From Moniliella sp. 'wahieum' (Eukaryota), in contig RSEE01000039.1 in assembly GCA_003971905.1 (NCBI GenBank), positions 372,001 to 436,000 of the forward strand: a stretch of 64,000 nt of DNA. Direction: 5' to 3'. Numbering within the stretch: position 1 is the first letter of the stretch; each line of letters starts with the position of its first letter. The position numbers and the translations under genes are program-made. The notes under the pieces are model-generated. The model searched no databases. It was not told the origin of the DNA and was given only the letters and a program-made list of their open reading frames with translations. Below are positions 45,848 to 58,413 of the stretch, piece by piece.

Positions 45848-45886
45848 CCAGCGTTCAGCGTTCAACGTTCAACTTGAACGTTCAAC
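45848..45886. repeat. Degenerate 7-bp tandem array (TCAACGT)n
   Basis: CCAGCGT TCAGCGT TCAACGT TCAACT TGAACGT TCAAC. Confidence 0.7.
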
Positions 45887-46263
45887 ACTGGAACAGGGGG
45901 TCACGTGAATGCAGCCATGCTCATGCTGTGTTACATGGTACGTTGGTGTGTTCGGTGCAATAGATCGGCGCTGACGCACTGCTGGCGCGCGGGTGGCACC
46001 CAGGCGTGGCAGGGCTTGACTGCAATGTACAGGCTCAACAGACTGCCCAGCGGACTCACACAGCCTTCGCCACACAACAAATACTTTTTTCGCATGACAT
46101 GCAGCCTACGTGAGGAGGTGGCATCAACAGCAACGAGAAGGTATCATCCGAAACAGAGGGACAGGAGGAAAGGTTCAAAAGCATATGAGAAGAGGAAAAG
46201 CGGCCGCGGTATATAGAGAGAGCGCGCACACGAGAGTAAGGAGCCTGTGTGGTCTATACGGTA

Positions 46264-47441
46264 TCAGGGGTCGCGCGTAGTTACCAGGAAAGATGCCCTG
46301 GACGCCATTGGCCACCCCGGTCCACCAATCGTCCTGTGACCCGGTGCGCTGTACCACTTCAATCCGATCCCCTGCAGCGAATGTGAGATCGCCTTCGGCC
46401 TGCGCCTTGTAGTCGTACAGGGCAACAACGTAGTTCGGGCCGCTGCTCAGGCCGGGTTTCTTGCGCGGAATAGGGGGAGGAGGCGCCTTCTTACGAATGC
46501 TTCCGCTTGCCATGCCACCGCCCTTACTTGGTGCGTTAGCGGCCATCCCGTGCCCGGATCCAGGTCCCAATTGCGCTGAACCAAGCGTCCGTCCGTGCTG
46601 CGTCAACACCCGCACCGAGGCGGTGGCCGGCTTGCGGATCGACAGGGCTTCCATCGTTTCCACGACATCCCCCATGGCTGCTTGGTAATCCTCCTCAATC
46701 TGTGGCAGACTGGCGGCCTTTTCGTTTTGTCCATCTGACAAAGACTGGAAGCGGTCAAGAGTGAGGTAGAGAACGTTGAGCTGCATGTAGTAGAAGGAAT
46801 GGAACAACGGGTTGACAAACGAGGCGGCCAGGTTGAAAAACTCGGGCAGCTCTCGCTTGAGTGTCGTTAAAGTACTCATAGTCGGCCGTCGCCGCTTGGT
46901 ACCTCCTCTAGTTTGAACAAGTTCTGCTCGTCCTTGAGCGATTTTTCCTTCTTGTTTTGCAGTTTCTCGAACGCATTCTTGTGGCGATCGTAGTCGATCA
47001 ATTTGTGCTCCCGCTTGGTCATGTTTTTGCGCACAGCAGTGCACACCCCGTGAAAGCCCTTCAAAGGACCCAGCACCCGATTCTCGATTAGCTCAAGCTC
47101 GGGCGTAAGCGTGTCCCGTAGTTCGCTCATTAGCTGATCGTACTCGGGCAGCCTCTCAATCGTCCGCAGCGCATCGGGAAGGCGGTGGCCATGTCGCCCT
47201 CGTTGCTCATGGGGAAAAGAGAGCTTGGAACGTGGTTCCGAGGGCAGCACCAGACACGAGCATGTTTTGCACGGCTTTGTGATACTCGGATGCGTCCTTC
47301 TTGAGCTTTTCAGCTGCCTTTTCAAACGTGAAAGTGGCGAGCAAGCTCGTCAAACTGGGCATCCGAACTGGTGTGCGCCCTGCCAACCTTGGTGGTGATG
47401 CGGTGAGGCGCACGGATGAAGGCCTTGGAGATGCCACGCAT
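46264..47441 (-). CDS. RVS167: Amphiphysin-like BAR + SH3 protein
   Basis: MRGISKAFIRAPHRITTKVG, TPELELIENRVLGP, KREHKLIDYDRH, LKRELPEFF, PPPPIP. SH3: VVALYDYKAQAEGDLTFAAGDRIEVV..DDWWTG..GIFPGNY. Confidence 0.9.
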
Positions 47442-47968
47442 GCTGTTCGAACGCTGTGGAGAGAGCCGAGCTGATGATGGAGGGGAGGCAAGCCGAAGCG
47501 CCACACACTCCTTGGCACGAATCGACCAGAGCGAGGCGCGGGGCCCCTGTTCCGTCCTGTCTCGCGCACCGCCTGCTGCGACTCGCTTTGGCAGGCGGAG
47601 CGGTCAAGCTGACCCTATACTGCGCGGGTGGCTTAGATATGCGCCTCGGAGTCCAGGTGGAGTTAGCAATTAATGACTGCCCCCGTGCCTGGAGTGGGAT
47701 ATGGGGCAATATGCGCAACTTCTATGCCTTTTGAGCATCATGGAAATGGCCACATTCGGAAGTGTATCATGCCCACACACACGGGATGAGGGTGCGCCTG
47801 GGGTCCAGGGGCGCCGGGAGTCTGCGCTTATATAGGCACTAGCTTTGTCGGGTGCATTTGTCCAAGGAGTGCCATTGAATAGCCTTCACGAATATATATC
47901 TTCCTACTAGCTACTCGTGACTCTTGAAGTCACTAGCCACATGCATAGTGCCTAATAGATGTGGCTCG

Positions 47969-48161
47969 CATGTCACACATGTCACACCCTTCGTTAGTAG
48001 TTGAAGTATTCCGTGGAGGCAGTACTCAGTATTGCCGCCCTGTGATGTGTGACATGTGACATGTGACATGCCATAGGACACCTGGCCAAGCCACGCGCTC
48101 ACATTATGCAGTCGCCTGGGCGCCTGGGCCCCCTCACAATGTCACGCGTGTCACATGTGAT
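47969..48161. repeat. (TGACATG)n heptamer array with an inverted copy
   Basis: TGA at 48043, 48050, 48057 and 48064. CACATGTCACAC (47976-47987) is the reverse complement of GTGTGACATGTG (48047-48058). Further GTCAC copies at 48141-48160. Confidence 0.7.
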
Positions 48162-48362
48162 GCCACAAGTCATTGATGTCATCAAGCATCATGCATCCTG
48201 TCGTATCTCTCTCACCGGTCACCATACCTCTTGTCTTTGCCTTTCTTGCGGTCGACGTGGCGGATGTGCTTGAAGCAATACTTGCTGATTAATGATGGAA
48301 GGACGTATAACCGGCAACCGGGAAACAGCGAAGGGGGTTTGATATTCGATTGAGATTGCGCA

Positions 48363-48412
48363 TTAAGCGCTAAGCGTTAAACGTTATTAAACGTTAAACG
48401 TCAACGCGTCAA
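48363..48412. repeat. Degenerate 7-bp array (TAAACGT)n
   Basis: TAAGCGC TAAGCGT TAAACGT TAT TAAACGT TAAACG TCAACGCGTCA. Confidence 0.7.
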
Positions 48413-48984
48413 ACCGATGATGCGCTTAACCGGTAACCCTAGCGGCTACTCGTCTTCCGAGGTCTCCGATAGGAGCAACCGAAAGACACTGGTTCTGCCG
48501 AGCAGCGTTGGATGAGCGGGGCGGCCAGCGCGGGGCGGCTGCATTGTTTGCGCAGCACACGTGGACCACCGATGGTCGGTGATCGATAGTCGAGCGGTGG
48601 CTGCTGCAGTGGCCAGTGCGTGGGTGAGGGCACTGCCACCGGTGACCCGGTACCTCGGCTTGCTCGGTAGCCGGCGCAGCACCGGGAGGAAGCGAGCCGG
48701 GTGGACGCGCGGCCCAGACTGGCGCGGTGCGGTGTCCGGCAAGCGTCTCCGGACAGCGGACGCGGGCAGTGGTGCGGCGGGTGATGCGTCATGCGTCACG
48801 GTTAACCCCGCCCGCTGGCTTCTCGCGGGCACGGGGCCGCAGCCGGCGCAGAGGGCGGTTGCGTTTCAGATCCCAGCGCAGACCAGCAGACGCCCCCCGG
48901 CCCTTGCCGCCCGCGCTTATAGAAGCCCATCTTTCACTCCATCCCCCCGGCGCTCAGCCTCCTCTGCCCCTCCCACCACCCACC

Positions 48985-51032
48985 ATGGCGCCCATCATCC
49001 CCTACGAAAACAACGCAGGACGCATCGCGGCCAAGCCTGTGCCCGGCACGGAGGAGCCCGGCTTCTCGGCCATCTACCGCAACGCCCAGGCACCCGACTT
49101 CTCCCACATTGGCGTCCCCTCTGCCTCCTTCCAGGAGGCCGTCCACGAGGCGCCCAACACCAACTTCATTGGCCGCCGGCCCTGGGACTTTGCCAAGGGC
49201 GCTCCGTCGAACCACTACGCCTGGCTGACCTACGCTGAGGCCAATCTGCAGATCCAGCAGCTGGGCTCGGCTTTGGGCTACTGGCTGGCCGATGGTCAGC
49301 TTGGCCCCGATGCGCCGAACGACTTTGCCATGGCCCTGTGGGCACCCAACACCCCGAATTCCAGCTCATCTTCCAGCAATCGACTGCTTTCGGCCGTCGC
49401 TTAGTATGCATTTATGACTCGTTTGCCATCGACAATGCCTTTTACGTGCTGGCCCACTCGGATGCGTGCATCCTCTTCACCACCTCGGCGCACCTTCCCA
49501 ACGTCCTCGCCAACCAAGGACCAGCTTCCCAAGCTCAAGGTGGTGGTGATTGATGAGCAGCCGCCTGCGAACATTGCCACCCCAAGCTTCCACCGACCCA
49601 ACTCGCTCGCGATGACATTGCTGCTGCCTGGGCCAAGGACAATGGGTGCAGCTGGTGCTGTTTGCTGATGTGCTCGCCTTGGGCGCCAGCAAACTGGTTC
49701 CCTACCCGCCTTTGCCCACGCCGGAGCAGGTCGCCATGTACTGCTACACCTCGGGCACCACGGGCCAACCCAAGGGTGCCATGGTGACTCACGGGCAATT
49801 GGGTTACAGTGCCGCGGCCCAAGTCGCGGTTTACCCTGCCGCCCTGCCTGGGAGCAGCATGATCAGTTACCTTCCGTTGCGCACATTTACGAGGTTCTGC
49901 TGGAGATTATCTGCGTCAAGTCCAAGGCCATGATTGGCTACTCGTGCGGGGACACGACCAAGCTTTTGGAGGACCTGCAGATTCTCAAGCCTAGCGTGTT
50001 CCCCTCTGTCCCGCGTGTGCTCAACCGGATCGCGGCGCAGATTGAGATGCAAATGAACGGGGACTCGTTCCGGTCTAAGCTCCTGCGCCGGGCTGTTGAG
50101 AGCAAACTGGCCTACCACGATTTGGATGGGCAAGTGCAACACGCGTTTTGGGACAAGCTCGTCTTCCGCAAGATTCGCGCGTTGCTGGGCGGGAACGTGG
50201 AGATGATCATCTCGGGCTCGGCCCCCCGATCCGGCCCGACGTGCTCAAGCTTCTGCGTGTTTTCTCGTGCTGATTTGCGCGAGGGATATGGCGCGACGGA
50301 ATGGCGACTGTGTCGCTCAACCTTCCGTGGGACAAGAACTTGGGTGCGGTCGGCGGGCCCTTGCCGGTGTCGAGCTCCGGCTGCGCGACCAGGCCGAGCT
50401 CGGGTACCGTGCCCACTGACAAGCCCAACCCTCGTGGCGATGATCTTGGTCCGTGGTCCGAGTGTCTTCCCGGCTACTACAAGGATGAGGAGAAGACGGC
50501 CGATAGCTTTATCGACGGTGGTGGCTTGCCACGGGCGACATTGGCTCGATTGACGAGCGGGGTCGGCTGAGCATTGTGGATCGGGTCAAGCACTTGGTCA
50601 AGCTGAGTCAGGGCGAGTACATTGCGCTGGAAAAGTGGAAGCGGTGTACGCTGCCGGCCGGGCTTCCAGCAGCTCGTCGTCTTGGCGGACTCGCTGCAAA
50701 ACTACATTGTCGCGGTAGGAGTGATCGACCCCGATGCGTTCCCTGCGCTGGTAGGCCAGGTGCTCGGTACGACCATTGCGCCCGACCAGCTCGAAGCGGC
50801 CGCGTCTGACCCCAAGGTCGTCCGCGCTGTGCTGGGCGTGCTGTTGGGCCTGGCCAAGAAGGCGAAAGCTGAACGGGTGGAAATGATCAAGGGCCTCTAC
50901 ATCACCACCACCCCTCTTTCCGTCGAAGAGGGCACCCTCACCCCCACCTTCAAGTACCGCCGCGACATGATCCGCAAGCGCTTTGAGGGCGAGGTGGAGA
51001 AGCTCTACCTGCAAGGACCCATGACTCCTTGA
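48985..51032 (+). CDS. Long-chain fatty acyl-CoA synthetase (AMP-binding)
   Basis: [98 protein letters not shown]. Confidence 0.93.
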
Positions 51033-51972
51033 TCGCCAACGTGGATCGTTTGAAACAATTGCCGATTCCAACCTATTCTCTCTCTCCCCTGTTTGATGCC
51101 CAACCCATTTTGTCCTCTCGTGAGCCAACCTGCTTCTAGACGTGCCCATAGCAGGAGGTAGTGTCGTTGGTACCACGGCTAGATACATCCGTCCGAAAGT
51201 AGCTGTACATGTGCCTGTACCTTTTAGACATGGTATTCCCTCACATATACGACTCCTCTCGTCAATCACATGCTTTATTGTTATCCTCTGGAATTGGGGT
51301 GCCGCAAGCTCCTGTGCCATGCTGTACCGAACGCAACGAAAAGGTATCACCAAGGAGAGGCATTTCGGCAGCCAGGCCTGGTCTCCTCTTGTGTCATCCT
51401 TACCATCATTGCGGCTAGGCACCCACCGTCAACCGACAGGTCCCGGGACACACGTTGCGGAAGTACTACCGCTTCTCGATCAACTCAGCCGCCGTATAAA
51501 CGACCCGCCCCATGAGCTGGGGTACAGGTACGAAACGAAACTCACTCCCATGCACTCCCATGCATCTCTTGCCTCTATCGATCAGTCAGCACCTGCCAAT
51601 CGAACCGAGACCTCGGTCGGGCAAATCCAAGCTGCCTCCTCGCCTCTCCAAGTAATATACCCAAGTACCCGCCGCACACGCACCGACCGCCCAGGCTCAG
51701 CTCCAACCCTCAGGCCTCAGGCCCTCAGGCCTCATCCGCAACCCCGCCACCGCACCTGTCACACCTTCCTCCTTGCTTGCGGGGCATGTACTTGCACGCA
51801 GCTGGGCGCGCAGCATGACCGCGCCTGGGCCCGGGGCCAAACGCGGGTCGCGAGATGGCCCGGCTCGTCTGGGATGGCATTTGATCCATTCTCTCCACCG
51901 GCCTGGATCTCGATGGCCCAGCGCGGCCTCTGCACAGACGCGACCCACACGGCCCTTGTGCCCGGCCTGGGA

Positions 51973-52013
51973 AGTCACTAGTCACTAGCTCTACTAGTCG
52001 TAGTCACTAGTCA
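51973..52013. repeat. Degenerate 7-bp array (TCACTAG)n
   Basis: AGTCACTAGTCACTAG...TAGTCACTAGTCA. The same dimer occurs at 16268-16279. Confidence 0.7.
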
Positions 52014-52536
52014 TATCCACCGTTCGTTCTTGTGCGTGACCCGGCCAGGGTGCCTCCACTTGCCACTCTTCACTTGCCACTCCACTTGCCACTTGCCCCA
52101 GCACCCACGAGCACGTCGAGCACGAGAGCATAGATGGTGAGCTCCGGACGCGGATCGAGGGTAGGCGGTCTCCCCGCACACCCCCTGTTGGTAAATGCTG
52201 CACTGCCTCGCTCCACCGACTCGCTATTATACGCTGGTCCGGCCTCCTGGGCCCCCACTCAGAACGAGAGAGAGATGTCGAAAGAGGGACGCGGTGCGTG
52301 GGGAGGCGCAACGCGTACCACTTCGAGGCAGTGCGGCGATTGGGACGGGGAGGGTACATGGGAGGATGGTGCGAACAGTTGGGGGGCCCAAAATTCAAGG
52401 CCAGGCGGGTGGCCTGTTGGGTCCTGCTTTTTTGCAGGGCGTCAGCTCCGGTCCCGCTCGCCTCGCTGAGATTCTCAGGATGAAACGTCTCCTCGCCCAG
52501 GGCCTGGACCCCGCTCCGGCGAAGGGGAACGCAGAA

Positions 52537-52583
52537 TGACTAGTTACTACTGAGTTCTGAGTACTGAACGTACTGATTAATGA
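52537..52583. repeat. Degenerate 7-bp array TGA-N4
   Basis: TGACTAG TTACTAC TGAGTTC TGAGTAC TGAACGTAC TGATTAA TGA. Confidence 0.7.
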
Positions 52584-53387
52584 CCGGCGTGCAACTAGCC
52601 CATCCTTCTCAGTACTTAGTCCTTGGACCGGGCCAACCCATGAAGAGGCAGTGGTAGCCACAGGTGGTAGCTAGTTGCGCTCAACTGAACAGTGAACACC
52701 GTGCGTCGGAGCTGAAACCGGGTCTAGCACCGGCGTCGTTGTACTTGTCTCATATTCATTTTGGCCCAACACCGACATGGGCGCATCAGAGGTGAGGCTC
52801 AGCGCGCACCGCTCGCCGAGCTCGTTCCCTGGGACACTGCCAACGTAGACGCTAGGCACCCTACCGATCTAGAGAGGAAAGAAAAAGAAACCTGGATGGC
52901 TGGCTACTGGGGTGCCGTCAACCGGGTACAGAGAGGAAGAGCAAGAGGAGAAGAAAGAGGAGAAGGAAAAAGGAGGAGGAATCAGGGAAGAGCAAGAGGC
53001 CAACATAAAACAAGGATCAGGGGCAGTGGCCATTGCCAGCGCGCCGTGCACCCTGGGGGGGGGGGGGTGAGCATACGGGAGAAGACTAGGGGAAGAAAAA
53101 GAGGGGGGGAGGGGAATTCCAAGGGATCCAGCCACCAGCCCAGACCAGCCAACGGAAACAAAGCCCATCGCGTGGGAATGGGTGAGGAGGTCTGGTACGA
53201 ATCAAGTGCACATAGATGATACCGGGTGGCAGGCAGAGCCCCGCCACGCCACCGGACTAAGCGAAAGAAATGGGGTGGAAGACAAGCCCGGCAAGAAATG
53301 CAGACAGGGCAGCGGAAGCAGAAGAAGAGGAGGCCCAGGTGGCGTCCGGGCATTCGGCTTTGGTGTTAGGCGCGCAGAACGCTGGAA

Positions 53388-53734
53388 CTAGCAGAGCAGC
53401 TCGTCCAGCGCACAGCACGCCAAGCACGCCAGACAGCAGGCACAGCACCCGTCGTCGCCACCGCTCTTTTGGGCAGGTTGCTGCACATACACCGTCTGCG
53501 GCGGCTGCTGCTGCGGGGTACCCGCCCTGCGGCGGGGCGCCGTAGGCCTGCTGAGGAGGAGGGGGTAGTAGCCGCCCTGCTGGGGAGGGGCGCCGTAGCC
53601 TTGCTGGGGGGCACCGTAGCCCTGCTGGGGGGCGCCGCCGCCGTAGTACTGGAGCACGCAGGTCAGCAAGCCACGACGCGGGGTGGGCGCGAGGGGGCGC
53701 AGGAGAAGAGGCAACGTACGTCCTGAGCCGACAT
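53388..53734 (-). CDS. CYSTM (cysteine-rich tail-anchored membrane) protein
   Basis: MSAQD, then intron 53649-53719, then YYGGGAPQQGYGAPQQ... (Q/P/Y-rich). C-terminus TVYVQQ..DDGCCACCLACLACCALDELLC*. Confidence 0.9.
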
Positions 53735-55226
53735 TGCTGGTGGAGGGAGGGTGTGTGGTGCGAGGTGCGAGTGCGAGGCGCGAGGTGGTGGTGGTGGTGG
53801 AGGGGGGGCGCAGCGTGCCGCCGCGGAGGGACGCATGCGCCGGTCCGGGCACGCGCAGGCAGGCATGCATGCAGGCAGGCAGGCAGCAGGCAGCAGGCAG
53901 GCACGCGCCCCGCCTGCAGGCTGCACCGCGCCCTGGGCGCCGTGCCTTGGGCTGGTCGCAGCTGGCACGGCCGGCACAGGCGCTGTGTGTGGGCCGGCGC
54001 ACGCCCAGCACTGCCCCCCTGCGCCGCCGCCGATGTTCGGCCGGCGCAGCAACAACACTGCCGCCACGCGCGCCGGGGGGGGGCGCCCACGCAGCACCCG
54101 TTCGCGCCCCCACTCTGGTCCCTTTGTCCCACCCCCCAGCCCAGCCGCAGCACGCGTGACGCCCCAGGACGCGTGACGCCTGCAGCGCCTCGCGCTACGC
54201 CCTGATTAAGCCCGAGAGAAGCCACATGTCCGATGGGCTGGCGCGTACTCGCACTCAGTCTGAGTACTCAGTGAGTAGACTCAACTCCAGCCGCCTGGAC
54301 GGGGTAGCGTTTTGAAATGTTCCGTCAGATCCCAGAGGCGGCTAGGCCCCACCGGTGAACCTGGTCACCCTGTGGACGCCAGGGCGGAATCGGGCAAACG
54401 GGAGCCACGCCCGCGCGGCTGCATGCCTCCCATGCTCACAGTCCGTCATTCTGCCCTTTCGTCGTCGTCGTCGTCGTTGTCGTCGCTGTCGCCGTCACCG
54501 TTGCCGTTGCCGTCGCCCATCCCGCCTGCAGGCCGCCACACTACCCGCACACGCTGCCCGTCCATCCCCCGCCTGGCCCACACCCCGACGCATGCGTTCC
54601 TTGGTCCACCATGGCCTGCAGGACGCCGCCGTTCCATCAACCCTCCGGACGGCCTTGAAGCTGGAAGCCGTGGAAGCTTGACTGGGACGACGGCTGAAGC
54701 GACGGAAACCCGGGAGGTCTCCAGGCCAGCCCGGGAGGACAGGACGGGGCGCGATGCGATGCGATCTGGCTGTGCAGGGGGGGGCGCCCTTGGGCCAGGG
54801 TGGGCGCCGAGCAGCGCCATCGACGTCGGTGCGCACGGCAGCGGAGCGTGTGGGCAAGCGGGGCGTGCGCACGAGCGCGGTGTGGTGCGGTGCTGGCACG
54901 GGGCAATAGCTATATGCTCGCCCAGCTCGGCTTTTGCCACTTTCAAACTCTACGCCGCCCCGGTGCACACTGGCGCTGCGCCGGGCGCTGCGCGTGCCCG
55001 GGCTGGCTGCCAAGAGCGTCGTACTGCGTCGCCTCCTCCCGCGGCCAGCCGCCTGGGAGCAGCCAGTGTGCGTCGTACTAGCGCGTCGCGTGCCGCCTGG
55101 CCTGCTGCCTGCCCACCCCCACCTCTGCCTCGCGCCTCCGCTGGCTCCTCCCTCGTCTCCTCCGCCGGCCCTGCCGCATCCCCCGCACCCCCCGCCTAAC
55201 CCTCCGCCTCCTCCTCCCACCCCACG

Positions 55227-55717
55227 ATGCCTCCCAAGCCTGGCGGCGGCGTGGCAAGGCCATGCCCCTGGCGATGCCAAGGCCAAGGCGACGCCACCAC
55301 GCAAAGTGCCCGTGCTGGCCTGCAGGTCGTATCCTCTCCCTCGCGTGTCCTTTCGCGCTCTGTCCCCCTTGGCGTAGACTACTGACACTGCGCTGCGTGC
55401 CCAGTTCCTGCGGCCGCATCCACCGGCGGCTCAAGCAGCGCTCGCAGGGCCAAGTGCGCGTCGGTGCCAAAGCGGCCGTGTACACGGCCGCCATCCTCGA
55501 GTACCTCACGGCTGAGGTGCTGGAGCTCGCCGGCTCCGTCGCCAAGCAATCCAACCTGAAGCGCATCGCGCCCCGGCACCTTCAAATGGCCATTCGCGGC
55601 GATGGCGAGTTGGACGCGTTGGTCAAAGCTACGATTGCCGGCGGAGGCGTCTTGCCTCACATTCATCCCATCTTGATGCCAAAGAAAAAGGCGATCAAGC
55701 CGGGCACGCCCAAATAA
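55227..55717 (+). CDS. Histone H2A.Z-type variant (divergent)
   Basis: SARAGLQ, then intron 55326-55404, then F(P)[65 protein letters not shown]. The H2A.Z-diagnostic docking domain is present. Confidence 0.9.
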
Positions 55718-56081
55718 GGTTGCTCGCTCGCTTGTGGGGGTGTGGGCGCCGACACCCTCACCCTATCAACTGTCCCGTTCACCTTTCTTCTCTTTTCCCC
55801 TTGCCTTTCTTTCCCTTTCTTTCCCTCCCTCTAGGCCCAGCCCGCCCCTGTGCGTGTATTTTCTGTGATGACAAGAATCCTCTGGCCTGCGCTTGGTTTC
55901 CCTGCCAGGCTTCCACCAAGCCCAGCGTTTGGCTGGACCAACCCACGGCCTTTCCCAATCGATCCTGTCGTGTCTAGGCGCAAGACGTGCTGCTCACGTG
56001 CTCCTGTATCTCGCTCCATCAGACACCACCAAATCATAGTTCCTTGCTCGCCTCCAGGTTCACCTCTCAACATTGGGACGG

Positions 56082-58413
56082 CTAGATGCGCTCGAGATTC
56101 ACCATGCAAGTGTACGCTGGAACGAAAGGTCAGGCAGTTCTCGAGACGGGGAGGGGTACGCGAGGTGGACGAGGTGGAACGGTGGCACTCACCTTTCCGG
56201 CAGACAGGGCAGGCATACTTGACCACTTCTTCTTGTGCTGAGGAAGGCGGGATTGGTCGACCCGTACATTAGCTTGGTAGGTTGCATTGCGCAGTTGCAC
56301 GGCACAGTCGACGCAGACACTGTGGGTGCACGGAAGCAGGAGTGTATAAGGGGGGTCGGTATAACAGATGGGGCAAGCAAGCTCGTCTTGTCCTGTAGCC
56401 CGGTCGCCGTTCTGGTCTCCCTCTAAGCCGTAGATGGCGTGAAGGCAAAACCGAAGCCCGCCATGCACGATCGCTTCTTGCCGCAAGACGGTAGTGGTCC
56501 AAGTGCCCAACGGCAGACGAGGTGGGACCTGCTCGTTCTCTTCGATTCCAGCAAGTGCAGCGGTTTGACGTGGTGGCCTCCCCAGTATCTTGGGGCGCCA
56601 AAGGGACGTGTCGTGAGTTGCGAGGCGACCCATCACCTCGCACGCGACGTCCCGACGAAGAGACAGGTACGTCATCTGACAATTGTCTGGACGTACCGGC
56701 GCCCCGGCATGGTCCAAAGCGATCACAACGAGGGCCAACTGGAGCGTAGTGTCCTCCTCTGCACCCTCCGAATCCAGCGCATACACCGCCGCTTCGGCCT
56801 CTTGGTCTCCCATAAGCGGGGCGGTGAAATGTCCTCCCTCATCCTCCCTTGCCACCTCCACTTGACTCGTACCTTCGTGCGAAGGGGAGAGGAGCGGAAG
56901 AACGACCGATCGGAAGAGTACGTTCTGGGTTAGTACTACCCATTCCTAGCTTGACCTCCCAAACTGGCGTGAGTACACGTACCTCGCGTCCCACCTCCGT
57001 GCTGCTCGCCTCGATCGAATAGCGGGCCGTACCCAAGTCCGCCGATTGTTGGTGCCGGATGGCGCTGAGGCACGCGTCCTCCACAGCTGAGCATTCGCCG
57101 CTGAGGCAGAAAGAACGCGTCCAAACCAAGCGGAAACGTAGCCTGCGCACCAACCTACTTCCGGGCCACACTTGGCTGCCCAGCAGGACGGGAACCGCGT
57201 CGGGCTCAGATCCAAATACTGGACCAAAGCGCCCGTTCCCCTCCTCGTTCTCCTCCGCCACACCCATACCCCAGTGTCGCACATACACCCGTGCCTCGAC
57301 TTGGGGCGCCGCACAGTCGTACACGACTTGCACCTCGTGGGCCTCCGCCCCGTCGGGAGACTGCGGGGCACCACGTGCACGCTCGCACGCTGCACCCGCA
57401 CCAAAAGGGTAGAGCATGTTGCCATGCTAGGGGGTAGCGTTGCGTTGCACCCAAGCCACAGAAGTGGGTGCATCGGTCCTCTCTCTGCCAATCCTGGACC
57501 AGGGGCGGGCGCCATGGGTTCCGATCCCGCACCCGTCGTCCCTCGGCCTCGTCGCCGAGGCCGCGGTCTGCACCGGTTCCATGGCATTGGAAGTCCGAGT
57601 CAATCCGAATTGAGCCTGCCACTGAAGCCAAGTAACGAGCTGGTGCAACCCAATGTCAGCCAGTGCGGATGCAGCAGGGAGGGAAGACGAAGACGAAGAC
57701 GAAGACTGAGCCTGGCTGTGCTTGTGCCTTCTGCCCCGACAAGGCGGCAATGTCGATCGGCGGACCAAACACGGTGGCGGACATCAACTGATCCTGCGTC
57801 GAGCCCGGCCAGGGGAGGCGGTTGCTCAGGCGCAACCAGGCGAGCGAAGTGAGCAGCGAACGGAAAAGCGTCTTTGGAGCGAAGTGAGAACGGATCCGAC
57901 CCGACTGACCGGGCGCGACGACGGCTCCTCCATGCTGGCCGACGCACTGGCTGCGCTCGACACGCCTGTGCACCCGTGGACCGATAGGCGGCGCTCCATC
58001 CCCGACGGAGCGGGACTCAACTGGACAGACGCTGGGAGAGGCGCGAGTGGCGCGGGAGGAAAACGGAGGGGCGGAACCGTGTCCTTCACCCGTCCCGCCA
58101 CCCACCGCCTCCCTCTCGTCTCTGCCCACGGGCTAGGAGCGCGGTCAAGGCCTTGGGGTAGGGGGGGACTGCTGTGCAACGGGGAATGCCTCTTCATCGT
58201 CAAGGAAAGGTCTGCGTCGGTGGATGGGTGTCGCCGTCCGGGTCCGGGCGGGCCAAGGAGCGGTTCAGAAGGCTGCATTTCGCCCACGGGGGCAAGGAAC
58301 GAGGTACCTGTCTCTGGTCCGGATGCGACCCCGCGCTCCTCCTCGCCGCCGACGTGACGGCCGCTGGGATGGAGGTGGGGGGGCTGGCGTGGGAAGGGCG
58401 GTGGAGCCGACAT
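56082..58413 (-). CDS. C3HC4 RING E3 ligase (MGRN1/RNF157-like)
   Basis: FCLHAIYGL...CPICYTDP..TLLLPCTHSVCVDCAVQLR...YACPVCRK, then intron 56117-56192, then AYTCMVNLERI*. Upstream HEVQVVYDCAAP. The start is uncertain. Confidence 0.75.

Noticed and set aside
47940..48440. Possible CRISPR array, MITE or telomerase template (TAACCCTAG at ~48434)
   Set aside because: No constant repeat-spacer structure, no terminal inverted repeats with a target-site duplication, and the template match is incomplete.
53854..53901. (GCAG)n tract, also (GGCAG)n ~7745-7790, (TCG)n ~54460-54485 and (GACGAA)n ~57685-57706
   Set aside because: Ordinary microsatellites.
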